Assembly (NCBI RefSeq): GCF_006345805.1
Contig: NC_043000.1
Coordinates: 102,858,001 to 102,922,000 of the forward strand
Direction: 5' to 3'
DNA length: 64,000 bases
From: Octopus sinensis
Lineage: Eukaryota
In this document: positions 38,001-51,157 of the stretch, one piece after another
Layout of the letters: the number at the start of each line of letters is the position of its first letter
How positions within the stretch are numbered: the stretch's first letter is position 1
Made by a program: the position numbers and the translations under genes
Notes under the pieces: generated by a model
Seen by the model: only the letters and a program-made list of their open reading frames with translations
Databases searched by the model: none
Told to the model about the DNA's origin: nothing

Positions 38001-39711
38001 GATGATGCTATGAAAACGAAAAACAAAAACATCCAGTATATGGTGTAAAGTAGTTAGCATTAGAAAAGGCATCCATGTTGTAGAAACTATGCTAAAGCAG
38101 ACATTGGATCATGATGCAGTCCTCTGATCCACTGGATCCTGTCAAACCATCCAACCTACACAAAAGATGGAAGACAGGTATTAAAAGATGATGATGATGA
38201 TAACAATGAAGACAATGGTGATGAAGAACTCAAGGCTCACCAGTGTTCTACACAGTAAGGGCTACTCTTCTAGACCGTAAACGTGCCATTCAAATTTGGT
38301 AGAAAACAATCAAATGCCATGGATTGGTACACCACTAAGATGTACAAATGTTATATAAATAACATAGTTGCTCACTTAGCTACAATTTAGGTACTAGACC
38401 GATATTTTATTTTATCAACCCAAGAGGCTTGAAAGGTGAAACTGACACTCATTAGCACACCAGCTAAATGCTTGATGGCATTTTTGTCCATCTCTACATT
38501 CTGAGTTCAAATTCTGCCTTTCATCTTTTGGGTGCTGCTAAAATAAGTACCAGTTGAACACTGGGGTTGACTTAATCAACTTAGCTTCATCCCAACCCTG
38601 CTGGCCTTGTGCCAAAATTTGAAACCAAAATTAACTTGCGGTGCTGAGTTCAAGTTAAATCATTGGGTGTATTTTATGGTAGAACCTTTCAAATCTCCAC
38701 CTTTTTAACCAGCTTTAATGATGAACTGAAGACAGAATCTCTGGAAACAACAGCTAAATTTCACTCAACAGACTCTACTGTCTTACATAAAAAAAAAAAA
38801 AAAAAACACCATGTTGGACACTGCAGTCTTTGATAGACAAAAAGACAGGATGGTTACAACTCGAACACCGATGTTACAGTATTTTTCAATATTTTCCAAT
38901 TTTTCAGTATTTCTGTTTATTTAATTTATTTTCTTCATCAGTGCCAAAAAAATTACATATTTTATATGAAATAAAAAGAAAAATTCTAAAAGTAAATTTT
39001 CATGTTTGCAGTGGCCTTTACACAACCATCCTAGCACACCAACAGTGATTTGTTTTTCTGCTTATTATCTTTAACTCTGGCACAACAAACTAATAGATTC
39101 TAATGGATTAGTAAGTATGCCAAAACTAACTTGCTTCTTCACTTTTTATTTTGTAAAAGACTATTTTCTTAAATCTTTATTACTATAAACATTACCAATG
39201 ATTCCATTAAAACATTGTAGGTAGTACTACCTATTGGAGCAAATGTGTTAATTACACTATTAATTAGTAATAAATCTCGTATTATGTTGTTAAAACCTAT
39301 ACTCATTGCTAAGTGCTTTAATGGGTTTTTGTTTGTTTTTATAACTATATTTCATGATTAAAGGTTGATAATCTGCTATGCAAAGGGCAAAAAAGAAAAA
39401 AGAAAAAAAAAAGTGTTTTGACTTTCCAAATTTTTTTTCAGAATCTCTGAATGACTATATTTGAATGTTGGACAACTTGTGGATGGGACCCATGTCTAAA
39501 TACATTATCCTTTTACATTTTATAATACAGCTTTTGCATGACTCCTTGGGCAAGTGGATTTGGTAGATGGAAACTAAAAGAAACCTGCCGTATACATACT
39601 ACAAACACATACAAATATATATAATAATGTATTAATAATGATAAGGAGAATGGAAATTTTTATTTTTTCACATCCATAATTTTATTTAACAGCTATTTAC
39701 ATCATCATCAT

Positions 39712-39751
<40 letters not shown>

Positions 39752-39759
39752 AAATTTCC

Positions 39760-39895
39760 TTGAAAAAATGAATAGAAATTACTTTTCTGATAATTTTTCC
39801 CCTTTAATAATTAGATGTTTATAAGTTAACTTATAAATATCTAATTATTAAAGTATGAAAATTATCAGAAAAGTCATTTCTATTCAGTTTTTCAA
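39760..39895. repeat. 136-bp spacer-less AT-rich palindrome
   Basis: Centre GTT|AAC at 39827/39828. 61 of 68 positions are complementary by manual pairing, and (TA)n lies on both sides. Confidence 0.95.
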
Positions 39896-40220
39896 ATATA
39901 TAATACTGCACCACGGACTTTCTATTTCTTATTCAACTATATATATATATAGATATAGACACATACACACATACAGAGAGAGAGAGAGAGAGAGTGAGAG
40001 AGATACACACACACGAGTGTGTATGCAATTGAATATCAGTCATGGAAGTAGTGTCCTAATGTTTCCAGCCTTGTGGAAAGAAATAATACCTTGCTTGAAA
40101 ATAAAAAAACACACAAAAAACAGGTGAGGGCTGGTGACAGAAAAGGATATGCAGCCATAGAAAATCTGCCTCAATAAATTTTGTCTGATCCATGCAGGCA
40201 TGGGGAAATAGACATATATA

Positions 40221-40866
40221 TATGGGTACAGGATGTCACCAACTGTGCAAACAACATGAAATACATATACAAACAAGTTAAATATGGAAGCGAGAGAGAA
40301 AAATGGAAAACAGAACAAGTACAGAGAAAAGACCCTTCATAAGTTGTTGGCTGCCTATCTACTCCTCATTTTCAGCATTCAACAACAATATGAGTCTTCA
40401 AAGAGAGTTGATCTCATAAATTCTAAAATAAAACTTAGGATTTATGGAGGGTCAAAGTTGGGAACATTAACAGGACAAAGGAGACATACAAGGAAACCAA
40501 GTGAAAATAAACAAGGAAGGTTGTTAGACCAGAACGAGAGGAAAATAATGAATGCTGGGAGAAATATTTTCTTTGAAAAGAGAAAAGACAGAAGAGAGTT
40601 GTCTTCATTAGGTTTCCTTGTATGTCTCCACTGTCCTGTTTTTGTTCCCAACGTTAACCCTCCATAAATCCTAAATTTTATTTTAGAATTTATGGGAGCA
40701 AATGTCTTTGGAAACTCATATTGTTGTTGAATGCTCAAAATGAGGAGTAGACAGACAGCTGACAGGGTCCTTTCTCTGTGTTTACTGGTCCTTTTTTCCA
40801 TTTTTTTCTCTCATTGTTTATGTATTTCATGCTGTTTGCACAGTTAGTGATGTCCTGTATCCATAT
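40221..40866. mobile_element. Long fold-back element (arms about 270-290 bp, spacer about 85 bp) between TA/CA microsatellites
   Basis: Left arm tatgggtacaggatgtcacc...caaggaaaccaagtgaaaataa and right arm gttgtcttcattaggtttccttg...gtgatgtcctgtatccata. The two overlapping opposite-strand ORFs translate to near-identical peptides. Confidence 0.9.
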
Positions 40867-40869
40867 ATG

Positions 40870-40920
<51 letters not shown>

Positions 40921-41422
40921 TATTTTTATCATTAAATTGAACACCACACATTTGTAGGTAGGTGACAAGTTGAAAAGAAGCTGTGTCCAGTCACGTAGAA
41001 TAAAGAACTTAAAGATAAGAGTGAATAAACATTTAACCCATAATCCTTAGTTTCCAAAGTGCCATAGGCAAAACAAAGTATGTTTTGTTGGACAAACAAT
41101 TATGGATTAAATGTTTACACACACACTATAAATTTCATTTATTGAAGAGAATTTATAAAATATTTTGCAAATTTTACTACCGTATAAATGTAAATAATAA
41201 TCCTTTCATTTATAGGCAAATAGCCTGAAATTTTAGTAGAGTGGAGCTTGTTGATTACATTGACCCCAATGTTCAGCTGGTACTTATTTTATCAACCCCC
41301 AAAGGATGACAGGCCAAGTCAATGTCGGCGGTATTTTGACTCAGAACGTAAAGACAGACAAAATACCACCAAGCATTTTGCCCAGCGTGCAAACAATTCT
41401 GCCAGCTTGCCACCTTACATAT

Positions 41423-41745
41423 TTTCTTTTATTTGTTTGTCATTTGACTACAGCCATGCTGGAGCACCACCTTTAGTCGAACAAACTGCTAAGTTACAGG
41501 GGACGTAAACACACCAACATTAGTTGTCAAGCGATGGTGGGTGGCAGGGAAAAACAAAGACACGTAAATATATATATATATAACGGGCTTCTTTCAATTT
41601 CCATCCACCAAATCCACCCAAAAGGCTTTGGTTGGCCCAAGGCTATAATAGAAGACACTCATCCAAGGTGCCATGCAGTGAAACTGAACCTGGAACCATG
41701 TGATTGGTAAGCAAGTTACTTACCACGCAACCACCCCTGCACCTA
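41423..41745 (-). mobile_element. CORE-like SINE, near full length
   Basis: Reverse-complement homologue of 34660-35055. Confidence 0.85.
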
Positions 41746-42149
41746 TATGTAGATAATAATGCTAGGCATATTACATTTAGATGGAATTTTATGCAGAAGT
41801 GTAATTCAGGCTAAAAATAATGTTTTGTACAGTAGTTAGAGTAGCTGTAATTTTGAATTTTGAATGGAAATTTTAATTTAGACTATTCTAAAACAAAAAG
41901 CTTGAATCATGGAACCAGGGGCCGTATCAAGTGGGCAAGTATCAAAGGAGTTAAACAATACAGAACTTAAACAGCTTATTCTTCTGTTTCTTAGGGATGG
42001 TATCCAGCAATGGAAACCAAGACAAAAGAGACACTCGAGCACAATGCAATCCCTGGATGTATCAGATCCTGTCAAACAGTCCAACCCGTGATAGCATGGA
42101 GCATGGATGTTAGATGATGATACTGAAGGTAATAATATATAACGATAAA

Positions 42150-42319
42150 AATATAGATAGTGCCTGATCTAATGCCAAACTTCTCAGCCAAGCACTTCAC
42201 ATTTACGCCACTGTCAAATTCTTCAAATAACTTTCTGCTTGCAGGAACATTAAACATATATACTTCCTTTTTGCCATTCCGCTACCACCTAATGATATAC
42301 TTGTAGGCTTTCTCGGTAT
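42150..42319 (-). pseudogene. Tigger/pogo (CENP-B/psq HTH) transposase N-terminal fossil
   Basis: IPRKPTSISLGGSGMAKRKYICL, then a frameshift, then KLFEEFDSGVNVKCLAEKFGIRSGTIY. This resembles the KRK..L....K..L.E.LDSGVSVK.L.E.YG....TIY N-terminal HTH of Tigger/JRK-type transposases. Confidence 0.75.
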
Positions 42320-42685
42320 TTTCAAACAGGAACAAAACATGTGGTATCTGATGAAGTTGTTGGCTATGACAACTGTTGATACCTAACATAAGGAGGGTGA
42401 TGTCAATCATAACAGTTAATAGCTAGACATATGGTCTGTAAAAGCTGTGCACTGCACAGGAGACCTTCCAGTGCTCTCTGGAATATTCCCTTTTTAGTGT
42501 TTCTATCAGAATGTTAGAATATCAAAATAAGGGGTACAAAAAACCATTTTTATAATTTAACCAATGTTATCATTGCTACACTAAAGTGGCCCACGATATG
42601 AATGAATGCTTTAACCACTAAATGTTTCCTGCCTATGTTACATGTTGTATTTTACTTGTGTCAAAGCAATGAAATGATTTATTTA

Positions 42686-42872
42686 TGGTCAGCCAAACTG
42701 CTAGAAACAACAGTCAAATCTTCCTTAAATCAAATCCACCATCTTAAAAAAAGGACACCTTGGATGATGTGATCCTAGGTTCCCTGCACACTGAGAAAAA
42801 GATGAGATGGTCATGACTGGAATACCTTTGATCATTTCAATCAGAGCTGACCTGGAGTTAAACAACAATAAT
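42686..42872 (+). mobile_element. Retroposon 3'-tail family ending in (CAA)n
   Basis: CTGCTAGAAACAACAGTCAAATC...GATGGTCATGACTGGAATACCTTTGATCA...GGAGTTAAACAACAA. Diverged copies lie at about 4680-4890, 16570-16770, 22565-22765, 28180-28310, 38720-38870, 58760-58930 and 59790-59960. Confidence 0.65.
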
Positions 42873-45800
42873 AACCACATAGCATTATAGTTTTAGGGTC
42901 AAATGATGAAATATTTAGAGTAATATCTTAATTTATGTTACTGTGAAGAAAGATGGTAACTAAGAAAAGCATTTTTATTAATAGTATGAGTTTCAAATAT
43001 GAATTGTTATGACATGGCAAAATTAATTTTGAATAGTTGCCTGCTTTGAATAATTCTTCAGGTTTGTTGAATTAAAACATTCTATGAAGATTTGCCGTTT
43101 CCATTCATTTCTTCAGTATTGTTTGCATTATTGTACATGGACTACCGACTAGACATAATTTTACATTTTATCAGAATACACTTCCTATTAGTTAGTGATA
43201 CTCAATTATTTCAAAGTTCTTTACAGTCAATTTCAATATCAAATTATTTAATTAAAATACCAAAATAAAATTTTGAATTTTTCTCCCCACTCCTCTTGGA
43301 CTGTTTCATCTGTGTTTTATTCCTTTTTCTACATCCCCATAGCCAAATGATTAACTTATTGTTGAAAAAAAAAAAAAAGAAAATAGATTTAATGTTTATA
43401 TTGTGCTATTTAATTTAGTTCCAAATCACAGTTCTTCCCTTGTGTCTATGAACAAACAAATGTCAAAATAGACTGAGCAATTCCTCACTCCATGATACCC
43501 AGTTTTAATGATATTTAGAAAAAAACAATTAGTTAATGGCATAAAATAGACAGTAAATACAGAAATAATTGCTGAAAAATTTAATTGACATGTTTGCATG
43601 CTTGCTTGTTTTTTTAGTCGTTCCAGTTTAGTTTGCATGTTGATATTGTTGTGCACATACTGCTTACACATTCTATCCACTACTCAGTCATTTTAAAACT
43701 TTCGTATTATGAAAAAGCTGGAGACTGATATCTGACAACAGAATCTCCTGCTTATTCCTTCACTATTAAAAGAATTGATGAAGTTGTTATTTATATTCAA
43801 AATGCAACTGGGATTTTCTGCAAGTTTCAAGGTTCCTATTATGAACGAAGCATAAAAGTTACTGCAGGTCGAAACTTTGCACACATCTGCTGTTGTAAAA
43901 TTTATAAAAGAAAGAAGATGCATTTATAATAATAATAATAATAATAATAAACTTTACTGTTGCTGTTGCCATCATCATTATTTTAAAGCCAACTTTTCCA
44001 TGCTAACAAGGTTCAGATAGAATTCACTGAGGCAGCATTCCTACACATGAATGTCCTTCCTGTTGTCCACCTGTTTCGGAGCAAGGTAATATTTTCTCAT
44101 GGCCGTGTTTTTCCATACACAATACTTGAAAACAAATGGCATTGATTGTATGACAGTGACACTTGTTTAGACCATCATGTGATGTTAAGAGAGACACACA
44201 CACACACACACATACACACACATACATATGCACATGACAAGCTTCTTTCAGTCTTCATTTGCCAAATTCACTCACAAAGCTTTGTTTGAATCAGGGCTAT
44301 AGTAGAAGACACAAGGTGCCGTGTAGTGAGACTGAACCCCAAACCACATGGTGGCAAAGTAAGCTTCTTTCATGAGAACCAAATATGAGTAGCAAAGCTG
44401 CATTGCATGATGATCTTGAAATGTGCAGCAAAGAAACAGCAAGCGGAGAATAAAAAAATTACAGACATTTGTTAATTATTTGCAAATGATTTATTGAATT
44501 AAATAATTGGTTATATCTAAATTGTGTTCTTTAACACTTTATATAAACAGTTCTTATGTCAAATCTCAACAACAGGAATGTAACCATCATTTATAACATT
44601 ATTTCCTTGTGACTAAGCCTCTCAAAACAATCTTTCAATTTGCAATTGGACATTCAAAACCAACTCAATGGATCATTAAAGCCAAGGTATTCTTTATTTT
44701 AAAAGATTATTTCCAAATAATAAATCTGTATAATTATAAAAGCTATCTTTTTAAACAGCTAGTAATTTTAACTGTAAATATTAAAATTTGTAGATACTTG
44801 ATTTTTCTTAAAATAAACACAAGGCATTTCCTTCTGAAATGTAGACTTTTCTCCAATTTTCTTTTGGGTCTTATTATGCTGTTTTAATACGCGCCAATAT
44901 ATAGAATTTAACACAAATTCCCAGACATCAATGTGAATTATGGTACAGAACTAACAACAGACATAGAAACATATTCTATGCTCTACAAGATGTCACACAA
45001 GAACCTTCTGATGTCACACAAGAAAAACAAAAACAGTATTTAACACCACACACTTTATACAATGTATACACACACTGCACGTGTGTGTGTGGTGTGTATA
45101 TGTATATCTATCTATGTGTCTATCTATCTATCTATCTATATATCTATATATATATATATACATACATATACATACATATACACACACACAATGAAGTTGA
45201 AAACTGGATTCAGAGAATGAAGCAGAACTCATAGTAAGCATTCCTACAGGAAACTGGCTACCAGTTCACACAGTTATTAAATTACAATGCATCAAGATTT
45301 TAATTCATCAATGCAGCTTGAAAATCCAGGATACACAACCGTAGATATTTCCACGTAGAGTCAACAATAACCATAAAATCAAAAGAAATCATCATCATTT
45401 TATGTTTGCTTTCCAAGGTGGCTCGGACTGGATATGCTCAAAGTTTATTTGGAGTTACCTTCCTCTTTGATGTGATCAGTAAACTACATTTTGCTTGTAC
45501 GTTCTATATAGGCATGGTTTGCACAGCTGTATGTCCTTCCTAACACCAACCAATTTTACAGATTGTGCTAGATACATTTGAAATGTCTTAACTTAAACAA
45601 GACTGTCTCTTTACAGAGTGTACTGGGCGCACTCTATCACAGCACCAAAAGTAGTGAAGTTGTTGCATTCATTCATTTAATGCACAAGACTTGAAAGTCT
45701 CTGCTTGTTTTCTCCTGCTAGCTGGTAGTGAGAGTGAATGGATGAAATACTTGGTTGCTAACCCCAGCTTATCACTGTTTTTACTGCATATTAAAGGGCC

Positions 45801-47050
45801 GTTCTACAGCATTCGGTAACAGAAGACAAGATTTGCACTCAGGAAACAGGACTGAAACAGATACTGCAAGGCATCTTTCCAACCCTCTTGGCAACCCCAA
45901 AACGATGGAAAGTAAAATGATCTGGGTGAGATCTGAACTAAAAAATGCAGGAAACCAGAACAAATGTGGCAATGAATTCTAATCAACAGTGCCAATTTAA
46001 CACAATACGAATAAGTGTATATCTGTTCATGTGTGTATGTGTGTGTAGATTACACACACACACATATATGAACATTCTAATTGATATTAGACCTTATAAA
46101 TGAAATACCTGTTACAAATATATAAATATATGTATAATTCTTTTAATAGGTCAATTAGACAAAAGCTTGTGAGAAAAAAAAGGGCTGGGAAGAATTTTCA
46201 CTACACCTCCAGGATTTTGCTCCAACAGTGTACTGTTAAGTCAATTGCACTTTTAATTTGTGACTGTTAGATGTTATTATACATAACAGGTTCACTGTCA
46301 TAATTAATACTCTCTATTTTTTCTTTTCATTACTTATCATGATATCAGACTTGAGTGAAGCAAATTGATATCTTTACAAAAATTATTTTCACTAGAACTG
46401 ATGAAGATTATCAAATAATGAAACATTCTTTTTTTGTTTATTTTTAACTGAAGAATAATTATTAAGAAAAATGAATTAGTTTCTTTTGATAAAAGGAAAA
46501 CAAACAACAACAATGATGATGATGATGATGATAATAATAACGATGAGGATGATGATTATAATAATAACTTCATAAGGAAGTAAGGAGGAGAATGTAAACT
46601 ATTCCAGACTTCTTATAAATAGAAAGAATAAACTAATGCTTTTAAGCTTTTCTCATCAGTATGAAGTCATAGAATGGAAGTTGTGTGTGAAGATGTGTGT
46701 GAAGATGTGTCATATGGCAAGCTACAATGCCTAGCAAAGGTAAATAATAACTGTGAAGGTGAAAAAGTAATCAACAGTGAAAAGAACACACCAAAACAAA
46801 AACACATCTGGTAATGATAAACAGCACGATATTGACAGGGTAAGTTATGCTGCAGCAGGTCTTAGCTTTTAATACACAGATGCTTTCATTATGTTAACCG
46901 ATATCAATTCAGTTTAGATCACACATAAGAAGAATGGGAGAGAGAGAGAGAGAGAGAGATAAAGAAAGTCTATGGCAAACAGCTTTGAGTGAGAGAGATT
47001 CTACAGCTATCATTTTGTACCTGCATTTCCATACCAGCAATAGGTTGTGT

Positions 47051-47342
47051 TTGTTTGTTCCTTCTCGAGCCACACCTGGCTCATAAGGGCCAGTTTCCCG
47101 GCTTCTTGGCGTATAGGTACCCCACCTGGACGGGACGCCGGTCCATCGAAGGTGAGCTGCAGGAAAGAGTGACAGAAAGTTGTGGCGAAAGAGTCAGCAG
47201 AAGTTCCGCCATTATCTTCTGCCGGAGCCACGTGGAGCCTAGGTGTTTCGCTCATAAACACACACATCGTCCGGTCTGAGATTCGAACCCACGATCCCTT
47301 GACCGCGAGTCCGCTGCTCTAGCCACTTGGCCATGTGCCTCC
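47051..47342 (-). mobile_element. Young full-length tRNA-derived SINE with a perfect 14-bp TSD
   Basis: TSD GCAATAGGTTGTGT at 47037-47050 and 47343-47356. A-box TGGCCAAGTGG, B-box GGTTCGAATCT, V-domain-like GATGGACCGGCGTCCCGTCCAGG, an (AAAC)n tail and many intact CpGs. Confidence 0.95.
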
Positions 47343-49316
47343 GCAATAGGTTGTGTAGAATCAGTTAATTTTGAAAGCCAGGAACCTTCTACCTCTACTT
47401 ATCCCCTATCCCTGTCTCTCATGCTCTCTTTCTATTTATTTATCTTCTATTTTTATCCTTTATTTGTTTCAATCACGGGACTAGGGCCATGCTGGGGCAC
47501 CACCTCGAAGGGTTTTGTTAAATAAATTGACCCCAGTACTTACTTATTTTTTTAAAGCTTAGTATTTACTCATTCTATCAGCCTTTTTTAGCTGAACTGA
47601 TACTTTACAAGGATGTAAACAAACCAACATCAGTTATCAAACAGTGGCAGAGGACACACACAAAGACACACACACACAATGGGCTTCTTTCCCTTTCTGC
47701 CTACCAAATCCACTCACAAAGCTTTGGTTGGCCTGGGGCTATAGTAGACATTTGTGCAAAGTGACACAATGGAACTCAGAACCATTGTATAACTTGCTTA
47801 TTTATACAAAGACACATAAACATTAATACCAATAGATTATACAGAGAAATTTATCAAGATATATTTTATATTAAATCATTATTTATTAATCAATCAGCAA
47901 ACCCAGCTATTTAATATTTCTTTGAAATCAGTTATCAAATAAAGAAAACCGAAAAAAAAAAAAAAAACCCAACCTTTTAACATTTAAACTAGCCACATCC
48001 AGCCAAAAATATTCTACTTGCTTTATGTTCAAACTGGCCAGAACCAGCCTCTCACACCTACCCTACAATGTCCTAAACATAAAACAATCACATCATTGAA
48101 ATCGCAAAAGCTACAGGCTAATGCATGATTAAATCCGAAGCAATGTGAATAAACAAGCATTACATTTTACAGAGTAATCTTGAATGCTACTAAAATGTTA
48201 AAAAGGAACTTAGAAATCATTGAAAAGAACTTCTGCGATGAATATGATGTAAGAAAATGATAGAAGCCGTAAATTTTCAAGTGGGCCACTTTATAAACTA
48301 ATAAGTTAGGAGAAGAATATCATGCGAGTAAGGGTGTATGTGTGTCAGAGTGAGCGAGTGTGTGTGAAACTAAATGTTATTAAAAGTAGTAGTAATAGTA
48401 GCAGTAGCAGCAGTAGTAGTAGTAGTAATAGTAGTAGTAGTAGATATAATAAGCAAGCGGCATATAAATAATTGAAAACATATGGTCTGCCAGCATTCTG
48501 GGTTTTTTTTGTTGGTCGCCATTCAAGCTACAGGCAGGAAAAGTTTTAAGAGCATTGCATTTCTGCACAGTCGAGCGCTAGCTAATTATATGCCTAGCTA
48601 ATCATATACGAGAATGAAAGCATATAAGTAAGTAAGACAATTAATAAGGATTTGGTTGCAATCAAGCAAGAAGAAGAACAACAACAAAAACAAACTATGA
48701 TTAATAACAACAACACCAACAAATTTCAACAATGGCCTTAAATGTAAATTTCGCATTTGACTCGTACTTTGTAAACAGCTAAGCCTTCACTTAAAGTATC
48801 ATAATACCCTTTCATGATAGAACGTTTCCCAACTTTCTTTGTAGATATGAAATAAAAGGGTTCTCTCTCTCACAATGAAGAGAAAGAATGAGAGATGAGA
48901 AAACAAACTTAAATAGATAAAAATTTTAAAAAAGTATAAAAAAAAAACAAGAACCAAAAAACAAAAGAAAAAGGTAAAAAAGTGAAAAAGAACAGAAAGA
49001 AAGACCAGAGGAAAAGAACTTAAAACTCAATGACTCTTAATTTGCTTTCCTCTTGAAAACGCAAGTTGGAACTTCCTTTCACATGTTGCACCCCTCTCAC
49101 GTACACCCACTATAGTAGAAACACACACACACACACACACACACAGCATTGCTACTATATGTAAAGTACTTTCTCCAATTGATGGAAATTGCGAAAAGAA
49201 GTTTTTATAACATAATGACATGAAAATTACAGAAACAAATAAAAGGAAAAAAATCTCCCCCTCCACCACCACCTAGCTAATCATGAATATAGATTTTAAT
49301 ATAATAAGCCTTTTAA

Positions 49317-50370
49317 AGGCAGTGAGTTTGGAGAATCATTAGCAATGCCAGGCAAAATGCTTAGTGATATTTTGTTCTGAGTCTTTATGTTCCGAGTTCA
49401 AATTCTGAGGTTGACTTTGCCTTTTGGAGACCGATAAAATAAATACCAGTTGAGTACTGGGGTCAATGTAATTGACTATTACTGGCCCTGTGCCAAAATT
49501 TAAATTCTTTCAGCTATAGGTACAAGGCCTGAAATTTTTTGGGGAGGGTGTTTAATTATATCAACCCCAGGGCTTAACTAGTACTTAGTTTATTGACCCA
49601 CAAAAGTATGAAAGACAAAGTTGACCTCAGGGGAATTTGAACTCAGAGGGTAAAGATAGACCAAGAGCCACTTAGCATTTTGTCCAGTGTGCTAATGACT
49701 CTGCCAGCTCACCACCTTAGGTTTTAATGTAGTAATGAAGTTTAATTAGTAGTACAATTAACACCATCACTCTGATAGTAATAACTGCTCTGACATAGGC
49801 ACAAGGCTTCAAATTTTGAAGGAGAGAGTTAGTTATTACAACAACTGCAGTATTTAACAGGTATTTTATAGTTCGTCAATCCTTGAAGGATAACAGACAA
49901 AGTTGACTTTGGTGAGATTTGAACTCAGAATGTAAAGAAGCAGAAGAAATAATAGTTTTAAATTTTGACACAAGGTCAGCAAGTATGGAGGAGTGGGTAA
50001 GGTGATTACATTGACCCTAGTACTTATTTTGATATTTATTTTGTTGACCCCGAAAGGATGAAAGGCAAAATTGACCATGGCTGGATTTCAACTCAGAATG
50101 GACCAAATGCTAACAATTCTGCCAGTCCATGGCCTCTTCTCTGATAATAGTTATCCTCTCTACTATAGGCACAAAACCTGAAATTTTGTGGGGAGGAGGC
50201 CTGTTGATTACACTAGCCCCTGTAGTCAACTGGCACTTATTTCATCAACCCTGGAAGGATGAAAGGCAAAGTTGTCTTTGGTAGGATTTGAACCTAGAAC
50301 ATAAAGCCAGACAAAATGCTGGTGAACATTTTGTACGGTGTGCTAATGATCCAGCCAGCTCACCACCTCC
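49317..50370. mobile_element. Cluster of five Nin-domain-like SINE copies (one on +, four on -)
   Basis: Copies at about 49317-49505 (+), 49510-49720 (-), 49790-49935 (-), 49955-50130 (-) and 50155-50370 (-), each with the GAACTCAGA / AAAGTTGAC / GTACTTA blocks or their complements. Confidence 0.85.
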
Positions 50371-50959
50371 ATGCCGATTGTAATAATAAAGTTCATGTTA
50401 ATGCACACACACAGTGAATTAATGGAGCAATTTATAATGTTTATAGTGGTAATGATTTAAGAAAATATTGTTCAGCAAAAATAACAAAACTGAAAAAAAG
50501 AAAGCTAGTTTTGGCATTAGTTATCCATTAGTATCTATTAGTTTGTTGTGTGTCAGAGTTAAAAATAATAAACAACACAAGAAATTTATAGTAAGCTATT
50601 TGTAAACTGGGTGTAGGTATACCTTTCACTTGTTTCAGTCATAAGAACGTGGCCATGCTGGGGCACTGCCTTGAAGAATTTTTAGTCAAATCTATTGACT
50701 CCAGTAGTTATTTTTTAAAACCTGGTACTTATTCTATCAGTACCCTTTGCGAAACATCTAAATTATGAGGACATAAACACAGTCCAGGGCACTACTCGAA
50801 ACCTTTGGTGATTTGTTATTACCTGCTTTCAAGTAAAGAATAACTGGTAATTTAGAACTACCCAAGAGTCTTTCAGAATAACGACAACAACAACAATAAT
50901 AATAACAATTACCAGTTGAGCACTGAGATCAATGTAACTGACTTAACTAATCTTGAGTA

Positions 50960-51157
50960 AGAGTATAAAAGCTGCACCTCTCTGCCAAGCCATGTCAAAT
51001 ACGTGTGGCAGAATTGGCTCATTAAACCAGTATGATCTGAAGCTCAGATTCACAGCATCCACATCAGACCATGGTTGGTGAAGAGAACATGCTGAGGCCT
51101 TCGTCCTGCAGTGGACATTCCAATCCAATAATAATAATAACAACAATAATAATAATT
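50960..51157 (+). mobile_element. Probable RTE-type LINE 3' end with (AAT)n tail
   Basis: GAGGCCTTCGTCCTGCAGTGGAC directly before (AAT)n resembles RTE 3' termini. A similarly placed GAGGCC...(AAT)n end occurs at about 15270-15350. Confidence 0.5.

Noticed and set aside
40330-40400. Possible permuted (type II) hammerhead in the long fold-back
   Set aside because: GAAA-like and CUGAUGA-like pieces are present, but no stem I could be formed.
40284-40801. Overlapping opposite-strand ORFs with similar peptides
   Set aside because: This follows from the inverted repeat and is not evidence of a gene pair.
47270-47342. tRNA gene
   Set aside because: The tRNA-like A and B boxes are the head of a TSD-flanked SINE, with no proper acceptor stem or terminator. 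The same applies to the other SINE heads.
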